DNA of 64,000 nucleotides from Flaccisagitta enflata (Eukaryota): NCBI GenBank assembly GCA_965153355.1, contig OZ231126.1, positions 14,570,001 to 14,634,000 of the forward strand, read 5' to 3'. Shown piece by piece: positions 43,146 to 57,570 of this stretch (position 1 is its first letter; each line of letters starts with the position of its first letter). The notes under the pieces were generated by a model. It saw only the letters and a program-made list of their open reading frames with translations, ran no database searches and was not told where the DNA came from. The position numbers and the translations under genes were made by a program.

Positions 43146-43675
43146 TGCAGTAACGCAAAAAACGCCTGTCAATGCCAAAAAAAACTAATGCGGACTGACG
43201 GACCAAACGACCGACCGACTGACAGAGCGGGTCATAGAGTCGTGTAGCCAGCGACTAAAAATATTTTTGTAACATCAGCTAAACTTGGTCCTATTGCAAA
43301 ATAAATGCAAAATTTTCTTTAAAATATTATATCTGAGCTATCTCAATCACTTTTATTCACTTATTTTTGCATTTTCATTCATACATTTTTTCCATTTTAA
43401 CTTTCTCTGAAACACAAATGTTGCCTTCGGAGGGACGCCGTCCTATGTAATATGTATACATTTAACTAAAAAAAAAGTAAACAACAGTAAATACGTTTAT
43501 CAAACTCATTTTCGCACGGTAATCAGGCGTTCTCTTGAGATAAATTTCTATAACTTGTCCAATGGACAAGTTACTTGACCGCTTACCAAATTTAGTAATA
43601 GTACATATCACTTGAACCTGTCTGTGTCTGGTAATCGAGTGTGAAACGCAGTTGATTTGGTGCAACGACTTAAAG

Positions 43676-44960
<1,285 letters not shown>

Positions 44961-45711
44961 TATCTCGCATCATTTTCAACGTTCGGCCTGCCTCCCCTTT
45001 TCTGTTTACTATACGTTTTCGTTTTTATTTCGCTCGGTGGTGACTCAATAACATTTCAGCCTATATTTTTTTCTGTCCTCGATTTGTTTCCATCGCTTTT
45101 GGGTTTTTGTGTTTTCGTGTTTGTCAACGGGACATCAGGACTCAGCTTTTATGCACACCAGAGTCTGGTGTAGATAAACACTGAAATAATGGATGCTTTA
45201 TTTCGCGAAAGTGAGTATAGACATCGTTTCGGACTCCCCGCGGTAGTTGTCATTACATTTACAGAAGATATTGTACACAAACCGTTCTCATCTCTCTCAC
45301 TATGTTTGTATGATTCTTTGATCATCACCGAGAGAGATGATCCATTGGGAAACAGAACCAAGTTAATGAACTGACATGACTGACTATGACTGACAGCCCA
45401 GCTAAAAGGCGTGATCGTTTCAAGGTGCCATTTAGTATTCGTCTAGTTCTTTCTACGTAATGGCCCATCATGGATAGGAATGATAGTAATATGGCGATGG
45501 TCGGTTGAAATAAGGAAGTCTCAACACTAGAGGGTCTAAGCGAAAGTCATCGTTTCGCTCTTAACATCTCATTCTTACTAACTATGTACAAGTTAAACAT
45601 GAGCGAGGCCATACAACTGCCATTAACAGTCCTTGCGCTCTTGGCTTTAGTTTATTGCTACAACTGAGCTGGGAAAGGCTGCGCGAATTATATTACTCTG
45701 TAGGAGAAACA

Positions 45712-45804
<93 letters not shown>

Positions 45805-46075
45805 TCACATGGGAAGACAGACCAACAGACGGACAGACAGATAGACAGAGAGATAGAGAGAGACAACGAATGATTGTTATGATATGAACTGACAGACAGT
45901 CTGACAAGCAGTGCCAACTGCAAAGACGCCCACGAGAGAAGAATATTCTGGGTTTTGGATCGATAAAAGGTGAGCCAAAGTCAACTGAACTCTCTCTCTC
46001 TCTTTCTTTCTTTCTCTCTTTCCTTATTCATTCCTATCTATACTTCTTTTTTTTCTCTGTCTTTCTTTCTCTCTA

Positions 46076-46174
<99 letters not shown>

Positions 46175-46484
46175 TTCTTTTGTGGGCGACGCGGTGTCGC
46201 AGACTGTGGCGGGTCCAGTGCGACACCCGACCCGACAAAAGTGCTACAACACAAGTTCACGGCTTTAAACTTCAAAGGGGAAAGAATTTGAATAATTGAG
46301 TGATTTTATGGGTGGCTTGGGGTGGAGTTGGGTGGGGATAGCTCAAATGATTGGTTAAATCCCCAATTAAATGGCATATGTATACTAAGCGTCCATGCGC
46401 AAATGTAAAGGTAAAAAGGTGAAAGAAAATTTTGGGAAATATATCGAAATATTGAGCAATGTTGAATCGTTTTATTCAATGAAA

Positions 46485-49355
46485 CAAGGCCGGATACACG
46501 GCTACCCTAGTCGCGTGCGGGTGGGCAGGAGCAGTGCTGGAGAAGGTCTCTAGGGCATCTGGGCTGGAGCCGTATGCTCAAAAAGCTAAACAGGTCGCCC
46601 AAGGGCATTATACGGTCAGCGATACCCTTTGCCCTGCTTTGAGTGATTGTGAGTTAGAGTGAGGGGAGGCAGGGCAGCGGCCCCGAAGGGGACGAAGTCC
46701 TGTAGAACACAGGGGGACTTTCGTTTGTCCTGCCTTACCTGGATGAGATGCTACATAGAGGGTTGACTGAAGGCCTTCAAGAGCTTAATTTGAGGTCTAA
46801 GAAGGCTGATGTAAGGCCTGAGAATGCCAATTGGAAGCTTGAGAGGACTAACTTGAGGCCTAATTTAACGCATGAGAGGACAGGTTTGAGGCGTGGGAAT
46901 TTCGATTTGAGGCCTGCGAGGCCTAGTTTGAGGTCTGAAAGGCCAGATTTGAGGCCTGAGAGGTTGGATTTGAGGCTTGAGAGGCTGGATTTGAGGCCTG
47001 AGAGGCTGGATTTGAGGCCAGAGTGGCTGGATTTGAGGCCTGAGAGGCTGGATTCGAGGCCGGAGAGGCTGGATTCGAGGCCTGAGAGGCTGGATTAGAG
47101 GCCTGAGAGGCTGGATTTGAGACCTGAGAGGCTGAATTAGAGGCCTGAGAGGCTGGATTTGAGGCCTGAGGGGCCTGATAAGGGTGGGGGGGAGGAACAA
47201 ACTAACGAACTAATGAACAGACGAACGAATACTACCTAGAACATAAGTCTTCGTTCACCTATAAACATTGATACCTACAATAAGGTTAAAGATAAATAAG
47301 AAAAATTGGTGAGATTCAGAAATGGCTTCAAAAAATCTTTCATTTGAGTCCAATCACATTCTGGTAGCTCAAAGCGTTTAGAAATGAGAGCAGTTTGAAG
47401 ATTGCTTGTCACTTTTGAAAATTGAGAAATGAATTGAGCAGTTTCTTTGTGCCATCTATCACACCATACACTTGCTTGTCTAGAGATAAAATATTTGACT
47501 GAACAAACGCCAGAGGCTGAAAAAAGTTGAAGAGCTACTAACTTGATTCCCCAACACTGATTACCCTAAACGATTTCTGGATCATGAAGACATGAAGGAC
47601 AACTTATGACTCTGTAAGGACTGACATGAAATCGCACAAAATGTTAGGTGATAAGGTCTGGCAGAAGATCCCTTAGAAGCTTTTCAAATCATTACAGTGG
47701 TCCATAGAAGCAGGCGTTTCCATGGCAGGATGTTAGATGAAGTATTCAAACCATAATATGAATTGATTTATCATTTTTTTATGATTGAATGAGTTTTTTG
47801 TCCAAGTGAACGAAGACTTATGTTCTAGGTAGTAAAAGTCCCCCTGTGTTCTACAGGACTTTGTCCCCTTCGGGGCCGCTGCCCAAAAACGCAAAAAAAG
47901 TAAATAGTCGCAAAAGCGTCAGATGGTCAGTGGTACCCGTGCCCTGCCCAAGTAGGTTGTGAGTAAGGTTGAGGGAGGGCGTAGGGCAGCGGCCCCGAAG
48001 GGGTTGATGACCTATGCTTTCACACAGATGAGGAATTTTCTCCTCCCTCTAGCAATTTGGATTGGGGCCTTAGGGCTTAAATTTAGGCCTTGGGGATGGC
48101 ATTTTGGGCGGGGATTTGGGCCTTAGGACTGGGATTTTGGCCTTGGAGCTAGGATTTAGGCCTTCAGGCTCGGATTAGGGCCTTCAGGCAGGGATTTGGG
48201 CCCTGAGTATAGGATTTGGGTCTTTGGGATGGGGTATGAGCCCCAAGGCTGGGATTTGGGCCATGAGGCTGGGATTTGGGCCTCGAAAATGGGATTTTTG
48301 GCCTCAAGAATGGGATTTGGGCCTCAATGATAGGATTTGAAACTTGAGGCTGGGATTCAGGCCTCCAGACTGGGATTTGGGCCTCATAGTAGGATTTGGG
48401 TGGGGGGGGGGAACGGAGAAGAAGGAGAAGGAGGAGGAGGAGAAAATTCCCCATATGTGTGAAAGCGTAGCACGCGACTAAAAATGACATGATAGATTTT
48501 CCAATTGTTAGTGATAAACCATTGCAAAAAATATGTACATCTAAAGAAATATTTAAAAGAGGGGCGGATACACGGCCACCCCAGTTGCGTGCGTGAGGAC
48601 AGGGGCAGTGATGGAGAAAATCACCAGTGCATTTTGGCAGGAATGGTGATCATAAAAACCTCACAAACGCCAAAAAAAAGTAATAGTCGCAAAAGCGTCT
48701 GGTGGTCTGCGGTACCTGTACCCTGCCCAGGTCGATTGTGATTGAAGTTGAGGGAGGGAGCAGGGCAGCGGCCCCGAAGGGATTGATGACTTATGCTTTC
48801 ACACATATGGGGAATTTTCTCCTTCTCCTTCTAGCTATTGGTATTTGGGCCTTTGGGCTGGGATTCAGGCTTTGGGGCCAGGACTGGGACCTTGAGACTG
48901 GGATTTGGACTTAGTGGCTGGGATTTGGGTCTCAAGGATAGGATTTTGGCCTGAAGGATGTGATTTTGGCCTTGATGCTGGGATTTGGACCTAGAGGCTG
49001 GGATTTGGACCCCGAGGCTGGGATTTAGGCCTTGAGGCTGGTACTTGGGCCTTGTGGATGGGATTTTGGCCTCAAGGATTGGATTTGGGCCTTGAGGCTG
49101 GGATTTAGGCCTCGAGACTGGGATTTGGGCTTCAAAGCTAGGATTTGAGGGAGGGACAGAGAAGAAAGAGGAGGAGGAAGAGGAGAAGGAGAAGGAGGAG
49201 GAGAAAATTCCCCATATGTGTGAAAGCATAGGTCATCGACTCTTTCAGGGCCGCAGCCCAAAAAGGGGACAAACCAACTGACCGACCAACCAACCGACCG
49301 ACCAACCGACGGATGGACAAAGCGGGTTGTACAGTCGCGAGCTCGCGACTAAAAG
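46485..49355 (-). mobile_element. Nested stack of HINE-like and foldback/minisatellite elements
   Basis: HINE end at 46485 interrupted by foldbacks at ~46590-47889 and ~47905-48465; a second HINE ~48560-49355 contains a foldback at ~48680-49265. Confidence 0.7.
47232..47832. mobile_element. TA-TSD MITE (601 bp)
   Basis: Perfect 27-bp TIR ctacctagaacataagtcttcgttcac; the empty site is visible in the paralogous element near 1110. Confidence 0.9.
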
Positions 49356-50136
49356 ACCAAGTCAAATCAGATATTCGTTTGGGGGCTGTTTGTTCCACTT
49401 GCACTTTCCCCCAAAAAATCAACTGTCTACTGACAATCTTCATCTTGCTATGAGAATTAGGCCTTTCAAATTCAAGTGGCACCGGAAAAGATAGAAATGG
49501 AAATCGCAGACGAGGCTAAGGAATGAATCGCAGAAATTCGCGCGATAAAAGGTCGGGACTTCCTTTTAACCAATACTCGTCATCTACTTACTGATTTGCA
49601 TATTGCCTTTAGATTAAGGACGCTGTTCTGATAAAACCTCATCTCTCATACGTCGTTGTTATTTCTGAGTAGAAATAAATCATCCGTCTCGGGCAACGGC
49701 AGAGGACAGTTGTCCTGCAGGAGACAGCTATATTTCCTTACGTTCGTCCATCTTTACATACTTCCCACCCCTTGATTACCCACAGCCATTCCTTTGCGAG
49801 GCACTTTCGCAGATTAAAACTGGCCAACGGATAAACGGACTAACACTCGAACTCTTTTGTGACAGTGACGCTAAAAGTAACTCAAAACTGATCTGAAAAA
49901 TATCCATTTCTCATTGCCTTTCGCTTTTAACAAGAATTTCTGGGGGACATATGAGTGCTAAGTATTTAAAGTGAGAATCTTTATTTTGTCTCGTTAAAGC
50001 GAATCAAAACGTACAGAGAAATGACAAAATGAACATAAAAATTGTTCCCATGAAAGCTGTTTTGTCATGGATGTTTACTTACATCGTCACATCAATCTTC
50101 TGGAAAAAAGGAGGATGAAACTTAAGTCTTAAAGTA

Positions 50137-50306
50137 CAGTTGAACCCCGCAATAACGGATGTCAATGAATAAAAAAATGTCATTTGTTAGGCGGATTTCT
50201 TTTATTGTCAATATATGAAAAAAAATGATTTAAAGAGACCAAGATTCTATGTTCATTACAGATGGATTTCCACTACTCTTGGGTCCGGTTTAGCGGGGTG
50301 TAACTG
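50137..50306. mobile_element. Tc1/mariner-pogo-like MITE (170 bp)
   Basis: TA|cagttgaaccccgcaataacgga ... tccggtttagcggggtgtaactg|TA; related ends at ~61793 and ~62965. Confidence 0.75.
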
Positions 50307-50469
50307 TATACTGTCTTTCGAAATTCCCTTAAGGTTAAGGTGTAAAGAATAAATGACTGAAACAAATGACGCTATTGGGATATTCCTTTTTACTTTTTAG
50401 AACTTCAATAATAAAGATTGAAAAAAAAAGAAAACAATTTTCACAAATCGCGAACGTAATCGTCATAGG

Positions 50470-50900
50470 CATGCATCTCCGACAGAGGCTTGCCTCACTG
50501 CACTAACAACTCAAGCAAATAAGATTGTCTATTAGTATCTAACTCAGATGGAATTGAAGATAAGCACGAGCAGGCAAATTCCTGAAATCAGTTTTCAAAA
50601 GTGCGGGTCTAGCAAGCTCCATCGCTCTGTCACCACAAGGGACAGCATCAGAGAAACCATTTCTATTTCTACTATCATTCTACTCTCTTCATGCATCTGG
50701 GTGATTGGGCCTACCCTCCCTTCCAACCCTCCCAACCTGCCTAAGTATAGTTATCTGAGTCTCCGATCTTCACCAGAGTATCCAGTAACCCCATCACGAA
50801 TCCTATTGCATGAGCAAATCCTGCAAATTACATTGAAAGACTTGCCAATTGCAGGACGCGAAACCGCCATCCAGGCGGGAATCCTACCACTGAGCTTACC
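50470..50900 (-). mobile_element. Possible tRNA-derived SINE (3' boundary uncertain)
   Basis: Minus-strand head ggtaagctcagtggtagg (A-box-like) and ggtttcgcgtcc (B-box-like); no full cloverleaf. Confidence 0.4.
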
Positions 50901-51066
50901 CCCCCCCCCCCGCTTTCTGAGCAGCGGCCCTAAAGGGGCCGGTGACCTATGCTTTCACATATGATCACTCATAAGCCTGGGCAATGGGCATAGGTCATCA
51001 GTCCCTACAGAGCCGCAGCCCCTCTTTTCATCAAGTTTCGCTGAACATCTAACCCTTTCACCACTA

Positions 51067-51777
51067 TTACAAATCGATTTCTTCGTCAAGAACATCTTCA
51101 TCATCAATATCATCATCATTGTTTTCAACCGGCGCCACGCATACTCGGCGGCATTTATCGTAAATACTCGGCTCTTCTCCCGCCGCGAGACTCGGCCCGC
51201 AGCATTTCTCGTTTCCCGCGCAGTCGCCGTCGTGACGACACGCGGCCCTTTCCACTTTGCTCTGCGCCTCCGCCACGTGGCAAAAGATCATGTGCAGCTT
51301 CCGGTCCGAAGGCGTCGACGGGCAGCTGCCGCCCTTCGTCATGTCCAACTTGGCGGCGCATTCGAAAACGCATTTGCCTTCGTCGTTCTGCTTGGCGCAA
51401 CATTGCTGATCCTCGCTGCAAGTTTCCGAACATTTCGAACCCCACCATCCGCTTCCTCTCTTCACCCGACCACCTTCACCACCACCTCCTCCGCCGCCTC
51501 CTCTTCTTCCTCCTCTACCTCCTCCCAATCCACTAAATCTGCCCCTACCGCCTCCCGATCCACCGCCTCTTCCGCCTCCTCTTCCTCCTCCCATTCCTTC
51601 CCGGCATGTCTTCCAGAATGTGGAGTGGTCGACGTCGCCGAGACGCGGGCAAGCATCCCAAAACGAAAACTCCTTCTTTTCGCGTATTTCGGGCGTTTGG
51701 CAGCTGCAAACGCACTTGTTGTCGCTGCCGACGGATTTGCAATTTCTTTTGTCAGACGGACAACCTTCCGGATCACA
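51067..51777 (-). CDS. Cys-rich multi-WAP-like (four-disulfide core) protein, terminal exon with Gly/Arg-rich loop and acidic tail
   Basis: Acceptor (t)n catatcag|TGT, 236 codons plus TAA. C-terminal KGGSCP..C..CRHDGDCAGNEKCC..C..VCVAP matches the WAP pattern KxGxCP..C..CxxDxDCxGxxKCC..C..C. Confidence 0.85.
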   Translation of the reverse strand, partial: CDPEGCPSDKRNCKSVGSDNKCVCSCQTPEIREKKEFSFWDACPRLGDVDHSTFWKTCREGMGGGRGGGRGGGSGGGRGRFSGLGGGRGGRRGGGGGGGGEGGRVKRGSGWWGSKCSETCSEDQQCCAKQNDEGKCVFECAAKLDMTKGGSCPSTPSDRKLHMIFCHVAEAQSKVERAACRHDGDCAGNEKCCGPSLAAGEEPSIYDKCRRVCVAPVENNDDDIDDEDVLDEEIDL

Positions 51778-52443
51778 CTGATATGAAAAAAAAAAAAAAA
51801 GAAAAATATAAATCCCAGAAGCAACGAAAAGGTGCCCTAACCTTCGAGCCAAACGTCATCATAATCTCTCTCGACATTTTGAGATAAAAAACGCTTCCCT
51901 GAGCCATTTGTTTTTTGACAAATTTCTCAAGTTAAAGATCTACGATCAGTCTTGACGTTATTAATCATGTTCTAGTTCTATACCGACAAAATGCATTGAA
52001 CATAGGGAACTCGAGAAGCAAGAAAATCAACAACAAACAAACAAATCCTAGTCTCGAGGCTCAAAACCTAGCCTCGAGGCCCAAATCTCAGCCTCAAGGC
52101 CTCGAGGGATTTGGGCCTCCAGGCTGAGATTTGGGCCTTGAGGCTAGGATTTGGGCCTCAAGGCTAGGATTTGGGCCTTGAGGCTGGGATATGGGCCTCG
52201 AGGCTGGGATTTGGGCCTCGAGGCTGGAATTTGGGCCTCGAGGCTGGAATTTGGGCCTCGCGGCTAGTATTTGAGTTGGGGAGCGGGGGGACAGATGTAG
52301 GAGAAGAAGAAGAAGAAGAAAGAGAAGGAGAAAAAAAAACAACAAACAAACAAACAACCAACCAACAACCAACAACCAAAAACAAACAAACCAACAAAAA
52401 TAAAGAAAAAAAACAACCAAAGCTAGCGAACAAGGAAAATTAC

Positions 52444-52638
52444 CTTGGGTAGATCGCGACACGATTTCCAAAAAGCTGCTTTTTCCATCCAAGTTGTGTC
52501 TGCAGGTAACTCCCGTTTCGGGCATTTCAAATTGCTGTCCTCGGGGTCTTTGCACACAAATTCACACGTGTTGGACGAGGAAACCTTGGGGCAGCAGACT
52601 TGTCCTTCGAGGCATTGCCCACAAACATCCAGATCAGT
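52444..52638 (-). CDS. Cys-rich multi-WAP-like protein, penultimate exon
   Basis: Acceptor tctgttttcag|ACT, 65 open codons TDLDVCGQCLEGQVCCPKVSSSNTCEFVCKDPEDSNLKCPKRELPADTTWMEKAAFWKSCRDLPK, donor AAG|GTAATT. Phase 0 at both ends and in frame with the next exon. Upstream (signal peptide) exon not found. Confidence 0.8.
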
Positions 52639-52720
52639 CTGAAAACAGATTCAAACATGTTGTCTAATGATTATGTCCTTGCGACCTGTTTGTATGTAGG
52701 TTGGAACGCCACGTCCACTA

Positions 52721-53440
52721 CAGTACGATGGGAGCAAGGACGACCTAGACTGGAAGATAGATTTTAGATATCTCAATTTTATTTGATTAATGAAAACAAA
52801 TTGAGATCTATGTTAATTAGATGTTGCTCTGTTGCTTGAATATGTTTGCTCCTTTCATTCTTCAACTTGTGACTTGACTTCATCAGGAGTTCATTTTTCA
52901 ACATTCTAACTTAGCTCATCAGATTGAGCAGAGATTTTATGTAATCTTGAAAAAAAACCCAGCTCAATTGGGCTTTTTTTACAGGTTTTACAGCCATTTT
53001 TAGAAAAGACGGTTTGATTGAGCTGATTTTTTTTTCAAACTCATATAAAATTTTCTGCCCAATCTGATGAATTAAGTTAGAATGCTGAAAAATGAAGTCC
53101 CAATGAAGTCAAGTCACAAATTGAACAAGGCCGGATACACGGCTACCCTAGTCGCGTGCAGGTGGGCAGGAGCAGTGCTGGACAAGGTCACTAGGTCATC
53201 TGGGCAGGAGCCGTATGCTCAAAAAGCTCAAAAACGCCGAAAAAGTAAAAAGGGGACCAACCGACAGACCGACATAGCGGGGTGTAGAGTAGCACGCGAC
53301 TAAAAATGAGAGAAGCAAATATATTCAACCAATTAAGCGCCCTTTAATTAGTTTATACCTTAAATTTTCATTAAACAAATAAAATCAAATTACTTAAAAT
53401 CTTTTCTCCATGCTAGGTAGTCTCAGCTCCCATCGTACTG
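52721..53440. mobile_element. Palindromic Tc1/mariner-type MITE in the WAP-gene upstream intron, with a HINE inserted at ~53124-53305
   Basis: TA|cagtacgatgggagc ... gctcccatcgtactg|TA; internal arms ttcaacttgtgacttgacttcat / atgaagtcaagtcacaaattgaa. Confidence 0.85.
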
Positions 53441-56400
53441 TATGTCCATGAATATACAAGTCGGTCGTGAATTGTGAGAGATTCAATTTAGAACAATTAA
53501 GATGTTGAAAACAAGCACTCTAAACATTAAAATGAAAGAAATTCGCTCTATAAAAACAAAGGTAATGACAGAAGCAAAAGAAAAAAAAAACAAAAACAAA
53601 AAAAAAAAAAAAGAAAAAAAAAAACAGTAAATAAATCGCAGTTATTAGATGCGTCCTCGCATCTCTATGAGAGGGTCTGTCGGTCCGTCCGTCGGGCCGT
53701 CCGTACGTCGGTCCGTCCATAATGCCTGAGCAAAAACCGCGTTTCTTGGCTGTTTTTGGCCTCGGTAAGATCCTATACTGAATCAAATGATCGGCAAACA
53801 TGTTTTTAGAGTCGCCTTTACTTCTCAGTCGTTTCGTTTGTCAGTTCGTCCATCTGTCTCTCCATTCATGTCACATGTTCAATACATGCAGAGACACAGT
53901 CCGGACGCATCGTTGCCCGGTCGGGCTTGTTAATCAATGAATCAAATACCACTCATATCTTATACTTAACAAGTCATCCAAGGATCACACATGGTCTGCG
54001 GTATCAGATGCCCTGCTTGGAGGGATTGGCTGAAGAAGTGAAGTGGGAGCAGAGCAATTTGAGGCTTGAGAAGCTGGGGGGGATGGACAGGTGGATGGAC
54101 AGATGGATGGATGGATGGATGGATAGACGGACCAACAGACAGACAGATGGATGCATGAAAATTCACCCCTGTGTCCTACAGGACATCGGCCATTTGGGGC
54201 CGCTGCCCAAAAACCGTGATCATTTTAGACTCAACACGGCCGGATACACAGCTACCCCAGTCGCGTGCAGGTGGGCAAGAGCAGTGCTGGAGAAGGTCAC
54301 GAGAGCATTTGGGCAGGAGCAGTAGGCTCAAAAAGCTCAAAAACACCGAAAAAGCAACTAGTCATCCAAGGATCGCACATGGTCAGCGGTACCCAATGCC
54401 CTGCTGGGAGTGATCCAGTGAAAAAGTGGAGTGAGAGCAGGGCAGCGGCCCCAAAGGGCCGATGTCCTGTAGAACACAGGGGGGAATTTCCATTCGTCCT
54501 GAGGGGGCATATTTCAGGTCTTAGATGACTGATTTAAGCCGCTGAAGGCTTGGAGAGCCGATTTGAAGTTTGGAGGGCAAATTTAAGCCATGGAGGGCTG
54601 ATTTTATGCTTGGAGGGCTAATTAAAGGTCTGGAAGGCTGAATTGAGGGCTGGGAGGGCAAATTTGAGGGCTGGGAGGGCAAGTTTGAGGCCTTAATGGG
54701 CATGGGGGGGAGGGAAGGACGGACGGACGGACGGAGGGACGGACTGACGGAAGGACGTATGGAAATTCCCCCATGTGTTCTACAGGACATCGGCCCTTTG
54801 GGGCCGGTGCCGAAAAAGGAGACCAACCAACCAACTGACCAACGTGCCGACATAGCGGGGTGTAGAGTCGCGTAGCACGCGACTAAAGATTTAGAGAGCG
54901 CCATAAAATCTACCTTCCTAGCACAAGTTTACGAAACATGCTCAAAGAATTAATGAATCTCTTTGCGGGTACATAATTGACTATTCCTAAACATTTTCCA
55001 AATTTTGAAAACATAAGATAGTTAAGTAGTAGTGCATGATGTTGAGAGGCTACATTCCAAATTTCATCAAAATCGGACCGGGTTAAGGGGGGTAAAGTGG
55101 TAAACGCTTCCTTTTCCCTCGTCGGCACCACCCAAAAAGCGATTTTTTGGTGTTTGACAAATTGATATCTCATGCACTTGGGTGCTTCACATAGCAAAAG
55201 TTGGGAGTATCCCTTCAACGTACTTGGGTAATGTGGAGAAGCAAAAATCATGAAGATGACCATTTTCTTTTTTTCAAAATTCCTTCATGTTACCTTTTTT
55301 TTTTTGCCCTAAAGTTTCCACTGATTTCCCTGAATTCAGCAAATTCCTGTGTAGTTTTGTTACAAAAAGGACAATTATTTGTTTTAAAAGATCATGATAT
55401 TTATAAAGATAAACTAAGATATGAAAATATAAGCTATAAAAAAGCTCATGAAAAGGCAGATTAACAATTTTAGGAAGAGTGAATATTTGTAAAAGTTAAT
55501 TCAAAGAATGTCAGCATATTATTTTATCCCACTGCATTATGCAAATTAGGTCCTCAAAAACAATTTAAAAAAAACGGAAGATGAAAGATTTTTGATAAAA
55601 GAAAAATGATAAGGGTCCTAAATTTAGCCACTCCACATTAGGTAAAGAGGGTGAAAAAAAGTAACCAACTTTTGCTATGTGAAGCACCCAACTCATGCAC
55701 TGATAAAAGGCTACAATTGAATTTTTTTCGAAGCATGGACATACAAGTGCAAAACACAAGGTTTTTTTCAAAAAATTTCGACTTCATTAGCGATGGTCAT
55801 TAAACTCATTATTCAACAGAAAGGGGCTGTTCTTTCTGTTGAATAATGGCTATCGCTAATGAAGTCAAAAATTTCAGAAAAAAAAAAACTGTTTTGCGCT
55901 TGTATCTCCATACTTATGCTTACATAAAATCTCAATTGTGGCGATTTTTCGTAGCATGCTATGCGACTCCACACCCTACTTTGTCCGTCCGTTGTTTCAT
56001 GTGGCGTGTGTTTTTCAAATTTTTTTCCTCACCGCTCCTGCCAAAATACTCTAATGACCACAAATACAGCGCCTGCCCACTGGGGGGGGGGGGGGGGTCG
56101 GTATGAACCAAAATTGGGAATGCCAATCGGACATATGACCAGGCCATGCGCAATTACAAACCAGTGGCTGTCGCCAAAAGATGTGAATTGAAGGTGTTTA
56201 ATACACCATATTAAGTTATGATAAATTATTTCAATAAAATATTAAGATATGAAAAGAAATCAGAAAAGATAAGATAGTATAGAAATGAAACCCAATATAC
56301 AGGAAAACAAATTTAGAGACAAGACCTATTATAGAGGCTAGACAGCACAAAGTCAAGACTCAGTATCGAGGAAAGACGGCAGAAAAACATAACTCAGTAT

Positions 56401-57318
56401 TGAGGAAACATGGCAGAGAGTCAAAACCAAATGTAGGGGAAAGACGGCAGAGAAACAAAACCCAGTGTAGGGGAAAGACGGCAGAAGGACAAAACCCAAT
56501 ATAAGGGAAAGATGGCAGAGCAACAACTCCCCCAGAAGAATAAAAAAAAGGAAGAAAAAAGTCATGAGGTGGTGCTAAAGTGAATTGCTAAAGCAATTCA
56601 CAATGACAATAATAAAACAAAACCCATATTAGGGAAAGACGGCAAAAATAAAGCAAAAATCTATATAAAGGAAAGACAGCAAAGGTAAAACAAGATCAAT
56701 ATAAGGGAAAGACGGCAAAAATAGAACAAAACCCCTATAGGGGAAAAACGGCATATAAGACAAGAAAAACATAAGGGAAAGACGGCAAAAATGAAACAAA
56801 ACCCATATAGGGGAAAGACGGCAAGTGAAACATAACCTATTTAGTAACTTAAGGGCAAGACGGCAACCTATTTATCAACATAAGGGAAAGATGGCAAAAA
56901 TGAAACAAAACCCATATAGGGGAAAGACGGCAAGTGAAATATAACCTATTTGACGGAAGAAAAAAGATAAAGAAAAAAAAACAAAAAAAAAAAAATAAAA
57001 AAAGATATAAAAAAATGAAACACCACACGGTGGCGCGAAGCATACATTAGAATCGCGGTGCGAGGCGGTGGACGATAATTATAGAAAGAGGCCATAGAAT
57101 CTTTTGGTAGCAAAAAGTCATCGTGACTGCTAAAAAGACGGAGCTTTTTTTTTTCTTCTTTTTTTTTCTCATTGCTTTTTTTACGCGAGAAACATTTTTT
57201 GAACGGAAACTGGACTTGCAACTTATCCAATCTAAATTAGTACGACAATGGGGGGCGCAAATCAACATCCTCGCGTTATTTGTATCATTTCTTGAAGGTA
57301 AAAATGAACACTCTAATT

Positions 57319-57319
<1 letters not shown>

Positions 57320-57382
<63 letters not shown>

Positions 57383-57570
57383 ATAGCGAGAGCCATAGCG
57401 AGAGCCATAGCGAGAGCCATAGCGAGAGCCAAAGCGAGAGCCAAAGCGAGAGCCAAAGCGAGAGCCAAAGCGAGAGCCAAAGCGAGAGCCAAAGCGAGAG
57501 CCAAAGCGAGAGCCGAAGCGAGAGCCGAAGCGAGAGCAAAAGCGAGAGCAAAAGCGAGAGCCGAAGCAAA
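57320..57570. repeat. (GA)n grading into a 12-bp gcgagagccawa minisatellite
   Basis: Directly visible ordered variants. Confidence 0.9.

Noticed and set aside
46748-47200. RPERLDL / RPQIQPL heptad ORFs
   Set aside because: Translations of the 21-bp minisatellite.
51232-51786. 184-aa plus-strand ORF and alternative-frame ORFs
   Set aside because: Shadows of the WAP-like exon.
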